From Takakia lepidozioides (Eukaryota > Plantae > Bryophyta): a stretch of DNA of 64,000 bases. The notes under the pieces are model-generated. The model made no database searches, had not been told where the DNA came from, and saw nothing but the letters and a program-made list of their open reading frames with translations. The position numbers and the translations under genes are program-made. Positions within the stretch are counted from its first letter, which is position 1; every line of letters starts with the position of its first letter. Shown here piece after piece: positions 24,815 to 40,756 of the stretch. The stretch is from positions 49,724,001 through 49,788,000 of the forward strand of contig CM060732.1 in NCBI GenBank assembly GCA_030704615.1. Direction: 5' to 3'.

Positions 24815-27657
24815 GGCGTGCCATGATATCTACCCATGCCCTAATACGTATTGACAGTGCGATTGTTGTACAGGATGCGTGCAAGCCACTGTTTGGATGT
24901 TCGGGTGGCTCCCCTTTCTCCCCTTTTCTACATCTGTCAATGTTCTGATCATGACGGGCTGGCCATTGTCTCCTTCATTTCTCATTGACTTTGTCCCGCT
25001 TGCAGACAATTTAAGCGGGACTCACAATCTATCCCAAGTTTGTGAGTCGCTTGTGATGGCTACGTTGGAAAATTCAAAATATGACATTGGTATAGCTGAA
25101 ACGTCATGTGCAGAGAGTAGGTTTTACTTATGATAACAACTCCATCTACGTGAAGGGAACGTTATTTCAAACAATCTTCAGTCTTTGGATCTTATAAGAT
25201 GGGTTTCATGCATGGACCATGTGCGCATCAAAAGAACTCATTTTGCATAGCTCAAAGAAGTGTGGTGTCACAGAGGAAGTCTATATTGACGAGGCTCACA
25301 GGTACCTCAGTGAGCAGGAACCTGATTCTATCTACTCCTTATATTTTGTGCCTGATCACAAAGTGTGACTACTGTGCACTCACGGGGGTGAAGAGACATT
25401 TGAGCATGTAACTTTAGATTTGACCCCCGTGGAGACACCCATTTTGAATGTGAGGTTAGAAATGTTGCAGTTGGGGATGGTCGATGCCCACATGGACCTT
25501 AAGGAGGAAGCGGCAAACTTGCGTAAGAATGAAGGCAACAATGGATCAGACGCGTGTCCGTCGACTTGAGGACGATCTGAAGTTAAAGTTGCAAGAAAAA
25601 TTAGCTTGAGTTGTTGGACAACGAGAAAGAAGATCAGCCCTTCTCGGTGAAGGAAATGATCGAGATGCTGGCACCATTAGTAGGACTTGGGTCGCCCATG
25701 GTCGAGGAGGTGGAGGGAGGAATCAAAACAACTCCCTATGCAAGTCAAACTTGAAACGTACTGCATCTAAAAGTCGGTCCCAATACTTGACAAATACTAA
25801 GAAGAAAGAAACTGGAAGAACTAAGACCCCCCCCCCAACCCTTCATTTTTTTTTTTTTTCGGGGGGGGGTCTCTCTTGAGCTTTATAGTCGATTATTGAA
25901 GAGAAAAAATTAAAACCCTCACAAGCCAAAATGTTTGAACGCACGGAAAACCCATGTTGGATAACCTGGCAAACAGTGACCATGATACAGTGAAACGAGA
26001 TCGAAATCTCAATTAATTAAGTCACTAGGAGTTGAGGCAGGATCGAGCTCCCAAGATGATGCACACTAGGACAAGTCTCATTGCCATGCATCCGCTGTGT
26101 AGGTATCCGATGAGAGAATCTCCCAGTTACATGCTTGGATGGAATCTAGTAAGATAGTGCATTAGATTGTGCATTGAACAGGGTTTTGAAACCACCGGCT
26201 TTTATTACCGGTACCACTATCACACATTTTACCTGTGAAAATTTATTCTGAAATTCCACCAACTCGTAATCATATTTCACATCATCAACCACTTTCTGAG
26301 GCAGTTTTTGTAAAGAGCCTAGACCTCACCCAATCCATTGTAGAGTCTAAACACTCCCTTCACATCTACTTCCACCTCGATCCTGTGAGAAAAAGCAGGA
26401 AACTCTTGAGGGGACACCATCGTCAGCCCAAACTCTCCACACGACACAGAGAGGCCTCCGAATGGGACTAACCAAGAAGATTCAACTGGTGGACTCATGG
26501 GAGCCAACCATGTAACTGAAACCTCAAAAGGGTTTGAGAAACGCTGCAGATATGGCCATAAAATCGGGGCATTCCATCTCGGTTACTGGATACAGGGCCC
26601 AGAACTGATTGATCGCTATGTCCTTCTCTATGTGCTTCCCATCAAACTCATAGAATTCTGCATTTGCATTATCAGACTGTCTTTCCGCTTCAGAAGTTGG
26701 AGCATTCAATATCGCAAGAACCGTGGGGGCTAGCAGTACACTGACCTATGACAACACTCCCCTTTCTTCTGTTTTCAAACCGCTCCTCCGTCTTCTAGTT
26801 TCTTTCTTCTTAGTATTTGTCAATTGTTGGGACCGTCTTTTAGATGCAATATGTTTCAAGTTTGAAGTCCTTGCATGGGGAGTTGTTCTGATTCCTCCCT
26901 CCACCGGCCTCGACCCTGGGCGATCCAAGTCCTGCTAATGGTGCCAGCATCTCGAGCATTTCCTTCACCGAAAAGGGTTGTTTGTTGTCCAACAACTCGA
27001 GCTAATTTTTCTTGTAGCTTTAACTTCTCATTCTCAAGTCGACGGACACGCGTCTGATCCATTGTTGCCTTCATTCTTACGCAAGTATGCCACATTTTTG
27101 TTGCTTTCTCTTTAAGGTCCATGTGGGCATCGACCATCCCCAAACGTTTCTAACGTCACATTCAGAATGGGTGTCTCCACGAGGGTCAAATCTAAAGTTA
27201 TATGTCCAAATGTCTCTTCACTAGCTCTTCACCCCTGTGAGTGCACAATAGTCGTCGCACTTCGTGATCAGGCATAATATGCAAAATAAGTTCTTTCGAT
27301 GCGCACATGGTCCATGCCATCTAAGATCCAAAACCACGTTCCCTTCACGTAAATGGAGTTGCTCTCATAAGTAAAACTTGCTCTCTGCACACGATGTTTC
27401 AGCTGCACCAATGTCATATTTTCCAACGCAGCCATTACAAGCAAGTTTGTGAGTCTCGCTTAAATTGTCTGCAAGCAGGCAAAGTCAATGAGAAATGAAG
27501 GAGAGTCAAGTGGCCAGCCCGTCAAAATATTGACAGCTGTTGAATATGAGAGAAAAAGGGGAGCCACCCGAACATCCAAACGGTGGCTTGCACGCCTCCT
27601 GTAGAACAATCGCACTGTCAATACGTATTAGGGCATTGGCACATATTATGGCGCGCC
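24815..27657. repeat. Long inverted repeat (foldback): arms ~24815-25819 and ~26791-27657, ~970-bp spacer
   Basis: Example matches: tgccctaatacgtattgacagtgcgattgtt versus aacaatcgcactgtcaatacgtattagggca; caaatactaagaagaaagaaact versus agtttctttcttcttagtatttg. Confidence 0.9.
26302..26665 (-). pseudogene. DUF3444-domain gene fragment (as in plant DnaJ-DUF3444 proteins), frameshifted
   Basis: FYEFD...NQFWALY / DGMPRFYGHI (shifted frame) / FEVSVTWL...LSVSCGEF...FSH...GEV*ALYKN. Confidence 0.75.
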
Positions 27658-27689
27658 CATTATATATATATACATTTTTGCAATGCCCG

Positions 27690-27847
27690 GACGTTGCACG
27701 TTGCGCCGGCCCCGCAAGTCACCCCGACATCACTTTGCAACCCCTGACGTGGGATTTTAGAAATGTTTCGGGTTGGATGCCACTGCGACGCTTGGGGCTG
27801 TGACCCCACCCCAACAATGTGGCCACGGCATTGCAGCGGCGTCGCAA

Positions 27848-27884
<37 letters not shown>

Positions 27885-27897
27885 AGTTATTGTAGTG
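27690..27897. mobile_element. CACTA transposon right end
   Basis: gcgtcgcaaaac-C(n)-agttatTGTAGTG is the inverse of the 17935 end (CACTACA..GGGGGGGTTTTGCAACG). Confidence 0.65.
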
Positions 27898-29398
27898 CTT
27901 TAGCTTAATGTTCTCAAAAGCCAGCCCTCCACAATCATGAGGATCAACAAAAACTACCCAAGATATCCATGACTCCATGGAGGTATACCGTATTAGTTTA
28001 ACACTGGTCACCTATTATCATATCGATAGAGGACGTCACCATTGTAATATGGACAACTTTGTTTCCCTCCCTGAGTATGGGCTTTTAGGTTTCTTCCACT
28101 ATCACCACATACTTCAGGGAAGAACCCCCAGCTGGTTCAACTTGCAATTTCAATTCTGTGGATCTTCCTTTCTATTGAAACTGAAAGGGGGGTTGGGTTA
28201 GGCACTGTAATTGAATGTATATTTCAGGCCAGAACGACTGGCTAATTCCACTTGCCAAGCAGTTCTGTGGAATCTACATCTTTATGAAGACTCAAATGGG
28301 GTTAAGCAATACATGTGATAGAGTGCACATCATCGAACCTCTTCAGCGTCAAAGCTTTGAGAACAACATGAGGATTCATGCACTAATCTGAACAGAATTG
28401 ATTGATTTGAATTTGTTTGAACTATGAACACATGCCAAACTATCAGCTACAAACAACTTGTAGTGGTGATATTTTCAAATGTCTGGCACTTGAATTCGGA
28501 ACAAAACTGGGACAACGTATACCACTCAGCTCAAGATGAAATTTCTACTTTGAGTGGGTCTTTTCAGAGCTTTACAAAGCTCCAACTCTAAGAAACCCTT
28601 ACTTCTTACCGACATTGCTATTACGTCCATATTCCATAATCGTCCATTAGCTCTTCAAGTGAAAACTCATCCTCTTCAATTAGCTCTCCATATTATCTAT
28701 CCCAAACCTCAGTCTCTATAATTGCCAGGAACCCCGAAATTACAAGGTGAACTCCTGAATGAGAAGTCCTCACGAGGCAAATGCAATCAACGAAAGAATG
28801 CAATCAGTAACGTTCCAACTTGTGGGATTCAAGAATGAACATGTACCTTGATCAATCAATCAAACAAATCTTCTTTGCTCAAGGCTCATGCAGCTCATTC
28901 TAGGTTCACAGCCCATGCATCTTGCTCAAGGGTTCATAGCTTGTGCAAAACCAATAATTAAATCAATTTTTTTTAACCATAGTAGAAGTATGGAATGAAT
29001 TTAAAATATGTATAGAGATATTTTACTCTAGTGTAAAAGACACCAAAAATTAGGCTTACAAAAATGGGTGTTGTACCCGAGTTCTATATTGGGAATTTCA
29101 AAACGAGAAAACTAATTAAAAAAAGACCCAAGTTCTTGTAGGGATTAGATGAATGCACGGCTGAATCTTGCTTGAAGGAACCCCAAATGTTTATGCTAAT
29201 GACCTAACATTGCTATTAGAAGTTTTACAACTCTTTTGGACCACTGTAGCTCAATGTATTTGGAAGAGTTTTCTAACAAAGAAATATAGACTATTATGTG
29301 AACAGTCTATTTGAAGAGAAATCCAACTTACAAGGCTTAGACTCTGAATTGTCATTTAAAGAAAAGTTGTGAGCTGTTCACGTTCAAATATGACGTTT

Positions 29399-29429
<31 letters not shown>

Positions 29430-30581
29430 CCAAAGCTAAGCGCGATCTCCAACCAACTAAGTTGGTTTTTGCAAATGGTGATATAGTCTGCCCTGGATAA
29501 ATGTTAACGGTCGGGAGTAGAAAAAATAACTTTTAGACAAGGTTAACACATTACCAATTAGTGAGGGAATAATAAAACACATTAACATTTACAAAATGAC
29601 ACTTACATAATATCCACTTCTTTTACACGAACAGGTGGAGTCATAATCTCAATATACTTGCAAAACATCTGAGGTACAACTAGCACAGAGACGATCTTGT
29701 CTCTCAAAAACAACCTCCATCTCAAGTCTAGAAATGCTAAACATATATTTTGTTGTATTGCATTAGATTCTAATCACATTAGTATTCCTTATGATTACCT
29801 CATGGTGGTTCAACCCTTAACAATTTGAATTATTTCGATGCAGTGCACCGCATTCAATTCCACTACGATCGGATTTTGTTGCTTTAGTATTCAATATTAA
29901 AGATTCACTACTTGGTCAATACGGCCTAATTAATAACCACTTATCAATGTTTCCGCACAATATGTAAACCAAGCAAATTCCTACCAAACAACTACCTCTT
30001 TATAACTTACAAAGCCGGCGTAACTAACAGCCACTTCGCTTGATGGCTAGTTGTCACCTTTCACGGGTGGACCCTATATATACTAAGTAATATTCTCTCT
30101 TTTTTTAATGTAAGACACCACTTTCAATTGATGTGATTTGATTTTAAGAAGTAATGGACGCAAACTCACATAAACTTGCTGTACACTAGCTCACAAATTG
30201 TTGAAAATAGAATGTGATACTATCATTGTACTCAAGCTATCTACCTTTCTAACAAAAGACAATAGGCCTTTTGAGATAAAGTGACACATAACTTACGTTA
30301 GCTTCCCAAGGAGTGAACATTGTTTTTTTGTTTCATTTGAACTCGCTACAACACCCCAATGTCACTTATCCCGAATTAGGGATACTGCCTTCCGATACAA
30401 CATAGAGAATAATGGCTATTTCATTGGGCGGCCTAAAGGGTGGTCATTCTTAGGTTCTGGGATTGGAAGCTTCTAAAAAATAAAAACACATGGAGCAAGC
30501 TAATGTAGTCTCGGTGTTAACATATAAATGACAATTGACCATCTCTTTTACATAGGAAAACAACCGTGAAGAAACCTCAAC

Positions 30582-31079
30582 ATGGGCTCTCTAGGTATGG
30601 CCAACGCCTGGATTATTCCAGTGGTTTTGACACTCTTCACAACCCCGGCCATGATTGTTGGAGCTGATGTGACATCATATGACTTGGGTCCTTTCCTTTT
30701 TGAAAACAACTTATTGGACTCAGTACACTTTCTACTAAGTCGCAATGGCAACTATAGGCTTTCCATGCAAACAGACTGCAATCTGGTGGTATATCGTGAG
30801 CAAGACAATGCACCATTATGGGCCTCCAACACCGGTGGCAGAGGTGACCCCTGTTATTTTGCCGTGCAAACTGATGGAAACTTGGTGGTGTATGATGAAT
30901 CAAGTCACCCCGTGTGGAATTCTAATACGGTTGGCGTTGGCCAATGTCATGCTAAGAATGGCATGTATTTACTCATTATGCAAAATAATGGGGACCTAGT
31001 GTTTGTTTGCCAGCCGGATTATAGAAACCCTGGAAATTTTAAGACTTTCACCGTCTGGAGCACTAACACACAAGGATAG
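30582..31079 (+). CDS. Secreted GNA/bulb-type (B-lectin) mannose-binding lectin, 165 aa, intronless
   Basis: Hydrophobic signal peptide. Two QxDxNxVxY sites (QTDCNLVVY, QTDGNLVVY) plus a degenerate third (QNNGDLVFV). WASNT/WNSNT/WSTNT motifs. TATA-like atataaa at ~30522. Confidence 0.9.
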   Translation: MGSLGMANAWIIPVVLTLFTTPAMIVGADVTSYDLGPFLFENNLLDSVHFLLSRNGNYRLSMQTDCNLVVYREQDNAPLWASNTGGRGDPCYFAVQTDGNLVVYDESSHPVWNSNTVGVGQCHAKNGMYLLIMQNNGDLVFVCQPDYRNPGNFKTFTVWSTNTQG

Positions 31080-33122
31080 GTCGTTTGTAGAAAGTTGCAG
31101 GCCACATAGTTTTCTTGAACTTGGTCTCTTTTCGATGTATGGTTAGATGGAGCTGATCAAAATCCATGTGCGTCTTATATACACCGGTGTTGGGTGGGTA
31201 TATTGCTTTTTAATTACCAGCCCGGTCTGGATAAATAGGATAATATTCATGAGTCAGATCCATATTTACCTTGTGGTGGGAAAATCATATCCGATAACAG
31301 GGTATGATAAATAAATAAAATAAATATCTTGGGATATATGTAACCAATAGGAGATGCACAAAGTAGCAAACTGACCTATGATTAGCAAGCTAAAGTTTAA
31401 ACTGTGTCTCACACACATGTGGAGCTCAAAATCTTTTGAACTGATTTTCAATACTTCAGAAAGGAAAATTTTGTGTACACATCTATGCCCACATCTCATT
31501 CATTGCAAAGAAAGACATTTGTATAAGCAAACACTTACATGGCCGCACTTTTGATTCCAGCTTTGGCATTTTTCTTCCGCATGCTAGCCTATTTTGTAAA
31601 CCTCGACAAAGAACATGTAAAATCAACTTAATATGTCAAAATTTGCGACATTGGACACACTACAGTGCTGCGTACTGACTAGAGTTAGGAGTTGAGGCAG
31701 TAGAGCCTATCAATGTTGTCGGACTGCAATTTGGTTGGATACTCTTCCGAGAAAAAAGACACCAAATTAGCGCTAACAACAACACCACCACAACAATCAT
31801 GTACCTTGCAAACTGCTGCGCCATTAGGGTCAGTTACATGGTTGGTCTATGATGAATATACTTATATTATTATTCAAAAATCCAAATAGGGATTTGTTTT
31901 GGAAATTATTGAGAAAAACTACTAATACTTCATGGGGCCGGACTAAATTAGAAAGAAAATATTTAATATTTAGATGATAATTTTAAATCTTAAAATTTTA
32001 AATGACAGGGTAGCAAATGAGAATGACCATCCAAATTGAATTAATGGAAGAGTTTTGTTGGTGAAAACTTAATAAAGAAACACTGAAAATCAAAGAATAG
32101 TTTTGCTTGCGATAGTGTCCAGATTTTTGTTCAAAAATGCAGTAGCTTTGTTGGATTGGCTTGTGTTGGGGGTTGGTAGAACGCGAGCACAGCTCACGTG
32201 AGTGTAAAAAAATGGAGGCGAGAGCACAAAAAGTGGTAATAGGGTACTCATGTTTTCACAGAAATATATAATGAAGGATATACATAGGGTTCATACACGC
32301 CAATAGGCTCTCTTATTATATATTTACAAATTCGTATTCTACAAAGAATAACCCAGTAGAAAAACAAAGTCACAAATACCAACAACACCATCCAAAACAC
32401 ACAAATAATCAAATAGTTAATTCAACAATTTAATGTAGTAAAGCACACCACGGTTTCGGCTAGTTGCGTATGACTCCTCTTGTGAATAATGAAATCTCTA
32501 CTTTCATCCATAATAAACTTGAAACTTCATCCATTTATTTATGATAAGTTGTGCAATACCAAAATATAACCTGAGAGAGGTGTTACCTGGAGAAGGCACA
32601 TCAGGAACAAGCTTTCAACAAAGGAGAGGAGGTGACACCTGGGGGAAGGCACAACAGGAGCTCAGCGATTTTTGACCCGCGGAGTCTCTTTTTTAGAATA
32701 AAGAGGAGCCAATAAAGAATGTAGATTTTCCAGGATTATGTGAAGGAAAACTGGATGACATCCTTGTTGACTAGGTGTCACTTGACGTTGATTTAGTTGA
32801 TTTAGTTCGCTTACGAATTTCACTCTAGGTATTGTTGCGGTAGGTCAGTATCCAGCAATTTCGTAGGTGAAACAAAATAAACTGTAACTACTTTTGCAGC
32901 ATAAGAAGGAAAGTAAAGAAAAGTATGACACCTCCCCAAGGGAACGTAACTTATGGTGTCTCTTCACCACAAGGGCTACTGCCTCCAGCTGAAAGGACAC
33001 CTTCTTTGCAGCATATATATATATATATAAGTTTACGAACAGGGACAACCTATTAGGGACTGCTATGAGCGACAACATCACATGGTAAAAAACACAATAA
33101 TTAATCATCAGGCATAGTTTAA

Positions 33123-33953
33123 CCCTTAAGTTCCCAAGCGACCTGGTCACTTTGAATTTGCAGTTCGACCTAATTTTTGCAGATCTAATCTGATGGGGCC
33201 CACTCCTAAAGCTTTAATGACAAGGGATTTGTCTAGAGTATGATGCAAAAAACAAAATTAAGAAAAAACAAAAGCTACGACCTGCAAAAAAATATCTTAG
33301 ATCTCTCATTTACGTTTTGGGGCTTGAAAAGGGTTGGCTTGAAAAGGGCTGTTGACCGCTGATGTGGCAGTAAACAAGCCCAAAACAGATTGCACTCCAA
33401 AGGCCATTTTTGGCAGAAAATTAGCAATCTTGGAAAAGCACTTCACCTTGTGGTGTGTGAGCATTACATACACACATCCACCATTGGCTTTTAAAAAATT
33501 TATAGAAAAAAAAGTACTTCATTTGGAGGCACATTTTCTGTTGTCAATTTTGAGATTTCAACCCCCCATGTAATTGCATGCAAAGCAACCATAGGTGAAA
33601 AAATCAGTTGGACCTGCAATTTAGTGGGGTCATAGCCACTCCACTATTGATTTGGAAATGGTGGGTCTTGGGGCAAGCAAAATTGGATAAAACTAGGTTT
33701 TGATTTGGTCAAACCAATTTCTTTCTCACTTTTTCTTTGGGACCTGATATTTGAGGTTTGGGCCAACGCTATAATCTCACAATTTCCATGGTGGACTTGG
33801 CTCATTTTTTGGTATGTCATGCATAAATGAGCTGGGCCCATTTCTATAAGGCTGGAATCTCTGGATGATTTTTGGTAGGTTTCTAGGAGCAATTTACTGC
33901 AGCTGGGTACCCAAAATTGATAAAAAGTCCAAAAAGGCTTGGGAACTTAAGGG
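33123..33953. mobile_element. piggyBac-like non-autonomous element (831 bp)
   Basis: TTAA (33119-33122) | CCCTTAAGTTCCCAAGC ... GCTTGGGAACTTAAGGG | TTAA (33954-33957): perfect 17-bp TIRs beginning CCC. Confidence 0.75.
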
Positions 33954-35065
33954 TTAAAGAATTGGCTTTGACAAAAAATTCCCTAAGCCTGAATTTCACG
34001 TGGCTTATACTCACGTGAACAAACATTTCAACAAGTTTCGCATTTCGTAGGGCATGGACACATTTTAGTTTTGCCTAAGTATCTTCTAAGAATATTCTTA
34101 GATTTCCTGGTATTTCCTCTTATGCTCGCTCACCAAGGCTGCGCACATCCTAACCTCCATTGTGCTCATGTGATTTAGAGAGATTTGCAATAGTTTCACA
34201 ACTTCTGGTATCACAGAAACAAGTAATCGTTCTTCGGGATATCCGTCACAACAAGCCGTATTAGGGCCTTATGGCAGCCATGTGCCTAAAAAGGGTTTTA
34301 AATGTTTTCCCTTCAATAATTTCAATAAAATTTCAACCAGGGCCACTGTCCCCTGTTCATCAAAAAAAAAGAAAAAGAAAAAAAAAGAAAAAAAAAAAAA
34401 AAAACTTCTGTAGCCTGACTCGCACATTTTGGGGTCGATATAATATATTCTCTAGATATTCCAAGAATATGTGGAATACCCTGTTATGCTCACATGCCAA
34501 CCCAAAATTGTTCGATTAATATTGGATGAAAATTCACACCTGACCTGACCGCATTGTTTATTGTGACCACCTAAATGACTCCTTTCCACCCCCTTTCTAC
34601 ATTTGAAACAAACAAAGATGATGTGAAGATGTCCGCATACGTAAAATGAAAATGGAGCCCAAGAAAAGATTACAAAAACTAGTATGTATATGAGGACATT
34701 ATGCGAGTTTTGGGGGGACAAAAATGACCTCGCATATTTACTTGACTGAGACAATTTGGGCATTTAGAGGCAAATAATGGTTTCTATTTTCCCCTCATAG
34801 TAATTCCAAATGATGAAGTCCTGCCAAGATCAGGCTGCACCCCTTCAAACCATTTGAAAAAAACAGAAATTAGAAAGGTTTCCCTATGGTAGAAAATTGG
34901 CCTTGGGTGTTTTGAAGAGGGGATTTTGGTTATGGAAGGGGAGTGTTCAGTCCAGTTTGCAAGTTAGACACACATTTCACAATCCTTGGGTCATTCACTA
35001 AAATACAAATCCTTTTGCTATACGGCCCAGATGTTGCCAAAGCTGGATCAATCCGGAGCAAGAGT

Positions 35066-37611
<2,546 letters not shown>

Positions 37612-37866
37612 TCAGCAGCTTCTCGGTGAAATTGTCGCTTTCAGCTCTCTTTCAGCTGTACTGTGAATGGAGAAAGGAAGCGGATCAACTGTCGGTGTTG
37701 GGCTACTGTGGGTGTTGTGCGAGCTCAGCTTCTCCTACAGTGAGGGAATTGGAGCTCTAGGATGCTGACTTGAGCAGGATCATTGCGCCACTAACGGGAA
37801 GTTGCTGCAGCACGGAATTATGCGGTCAGATTGCGCACCACGAGTCCTTGGCTACCCGAAGGGAGT

Positions 37867-37909
37867 CTAACGGCGGTTACGTGCTAACGGCGGTTATAGT
37901 ATAACCGTC
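37867..37909. promoter_or_regulatory. Cluster of MYB-type sites (CTAACGGCGGTTA x2, TAACCGTC) in the 527-bp head-to-head TUB/PreY intergenic region
   Basis: Motifs at 37867-37879, 37884-37896 and 37902-37909, conserved in the duplicate (~48928-48970). They contain AACGG (MSA-like) and TAACCG cores. Confidence 0.5.
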
Positions 37910-38114
37910 GCTGGTGGAGGAACAGTTGCTTTGTGGTCTTGTAGCAAATGAATGACTCAAAGCCCTCCTGCCATCATCCATCAGACAGATGGACGAGACG
38001 AAGGAAAAAGATCTGACGAGATGCGCAGTCCGACGGACGAAGGATCGATGGTAATGGAGTTGGTGATGGAGAAGTGAGGAGGTTGTCTATCTTTCTGCCT
38101 GGACGGTTATTGCC

Positions 38115-39693
38115 ATGGTGAGGGGCGGAATGCTTGTCAAGCAGCGTTCAATACAAGGCTTCTCGACTATCGAACATGTCCTCTTTCCAAGGAACCCCTC
38201 AGGAAGTGAAAATTGTACTTTAGTGTTGCATGATCTTTGGGTTACTTTTGCAATACAAAAACTGGATATGGTTCTACGACCTTGAGCTATATGATGCCCC
38301 CTCGAAGGTGGTCAGGGGAAGACGATCCTTCGAGTTTAGGGCCTTTTTTCCATTCATACGCACTTCCACGAACCCAGCAGGAATCCGAGCTTGGGATGAG
38401 ATTTGAAGGGTACCCCTAACCTTCTGGTTTGAAAGGTAAGAAGAAACATTTCCTTTATAGGGTTCTACTATGTAAGTGAATGTTACCCTTGGCTTGAACT
38501 ATGAATTTGTGAAGGGAAGTGAAGGCTTCAAGTTTCAGGTCTGACCCCAATAACCCGCTCAAGCAGGTCTCAGAAGAGCAGTTCGGCACCCACTAGGGGA
38601 ACTCTTCTCTTCTCATTGAATGTGGTCGGCCCGAGTTGAAAAGATAGGAATGTGGCCTGATCTCAATAGCTGAGGTATAGTATGGCAGACTGGTTGCTGG
38701 TCGCATTCTAGCTTAGTCTCGCTCTTCAAATTAGGTTCTTTCAGATCACGGGTTAGCATCGACCAGGTTTAAACGTGACATGCTGGAAGGCTCTGTAGGG
38801 GTTTATTATTCCCCATTTCACTTCACAGACGCCCATGCCAGCCTGAATCCCAGCCTGGCATTCTGACCGTTACTCTGCCAACCTGAATCTAAGATCAGTT
38901 TGTTTCTTACATCTGGGACAGCACATCATCATGTGAATCCAGGATAGATAAGGATCCCGTTGATTACAGCAAGTCAGCCTGAATTGTGAAATCCAGGTTT
39001 GATAGAGATGTGAACACAAATAGCGAAAGACGTAACAATTGCTTGTCATGTGTATGAACAAAACCTGAAATTTTAGTTCTCTAATTCTCTGAGTGAAGGA
39101 GGCAGGAAGAGTACTAAGTGCAGTACAGAGAGCAGTTGGAAACAGTGTACGTTGCAATGGATGTGGCCTTTTAGTTGGATGGGCTGGGATGAGTGATTCT
39201 CAGTAGTTCCAGTTGGGTTGTTGCAGATACAGTGAGAAGTCCCAGGAGCTCCTCAACAATGCACTTGGTGTGGCTTGTCGATTGCTCGCATACTGGATGC
39301 TAAACTCAAGACTATTGATGTCTGATAATGATTGGCTTCATGTATTTAAGAATGAATGGGGTCTGTAGTCTATGCACTCTTTAGGGAGGAGGGCGACAAT
39401 TCAAAGAAGTTGGCTGCAATCAGCAGTATTTCCTGTAGTTTGCACCAGAAGCAGGGCAATTTTCTGAAAGATTAATCCTGCCTCTTTGCTGAGTATGAGG
39501 TTTGTTTTCAGGTACAATTTTCAAAATGACTCAGAAAGAAAGATGGTTTTCACAGTTTTTTCTCCCCTCTATTTAACAGGTCATTGATGGTGTTCCATGC
39601 TTGGTGCCCATGAAGGGACGAGTTATTGAGAAAGGCACTGAGAATCCAGAATCTGACTCCGCAGAGAAGACCTTGCCACCAACTGACCTTTGA
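38115..39693 (+). pseudogene. PreY/Trm112-like (UPF0434) pseudogene, copy 1
   Basis: Compared with the intact copy: 4-bp deletion in exon 1, donor GT>GA (ctcag|gaagtg), and exon-2 donor removed by a deletion (~39280). Confidence 0.85.
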
Positions 39694-40614
39694 GAGTGAT
39701 ATGGCTCTCAAGATTATGTCTACCATGGTCATACATGGCTACAGAACTACTGAGGAGTGCATTGGTAAGCTTACGACAGACTCAATCTGCTGCTAATGAG
39801 ATGTATGGTGTGATGAAAATGAAATCCTGCGAGTCTTTTGATAAGAGTGCGGGCAGCATTTTTGCCACCTTGGGCTTTGATTTTAGGCAGTGACTTACAG
39901 AGCTGAAGTGAATGAAGATTACAAGCCCTGGGTTCTCCAGCATGCCAGTGTTTTATGCTAGGGGCATACTAGTTATCTGTCGTTTGTATCAGAGATGGTA
40001 TAGCCAACAATGGAGTTATGTGGTTATGGTTATTTCATCTTTGCTACACGATTTAGAGTACAACATAATAGGATTGCAAGGCCGAGATGGTGAGCCACAT
40101 TTTGGCAAGCATTAGTCCTCATATTTGCACTAGGTGGGAGTCAGCAGCATTTCCTTTACAGGAATAGAGAAAATCAGAATTTTGCTTAGACCAACAATTG
40201 TACTTATGCTGTTCTGTAGTTGAACAGTACTCTGTAGATATTCACAGAGTCAGTGCACAGGAGGCTAGTGGTCTACGATCTGGAGGAAATGTGCTTATAA
40301 TTCCTGGGAGACTGTAGCAGTCTATGTGGAATCTGTGTGTGCATGTGGTTGTGAGACCGAGAGGGAGAGCAGTGCAAGCTAGAATTTTGGGTTTTACGGA
40401 CTATAAAAGTAACATTGATGCGTATAGGCACAAGCATGGGTTGAAAAAATTCAGTGCTTTCTAGGGCTTAGAGGCCCTGCCTCAGGCACTGGGACATTTC
40501 TTTCCTGTAATAGACATTTACTGAAAGCAAAGTAGAGTGGTGTGTTGGATGCTGAACCTTTGAATACCCCAAGCTTAGGTCAGTGGTTTGGTACTGGACT
40601 TTGTTGGGCTGCAG

Positions 40615-40698
40615 GACAAAGACCTATCTGAGTTTGATGTATCAAGAGAGATTGTATAGAACCTTGTAGATGAGTACACTATGACGTGGGGCATGGAG
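40615..40698 (+). pseudogene. Isolated gamma-tubulin C-terminal exon fragment
   Basis: AG|DKDLSEFDVSREIV*NLVDEY..TWGME|GT matches the plant gamma-tubulin tail (DNDLSEFDESREII..LVDEY...WGME). It has a stop and a small deletion. Confidence 0.7.
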
Positions 40699-40756
40699 GT
40701 AACTTCCAGCTCCCCAGCACCTTCTGATCCACTCATGGTTGGACACTCTGTAGGGT

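Noticed and set aside
17935-27897. A single 10-kb CACTA element bounded by the two matching ends
   Set aside because: The 3-bp flanks differ (cag versus ctt), and chromovirus pol does not resume after 27897.
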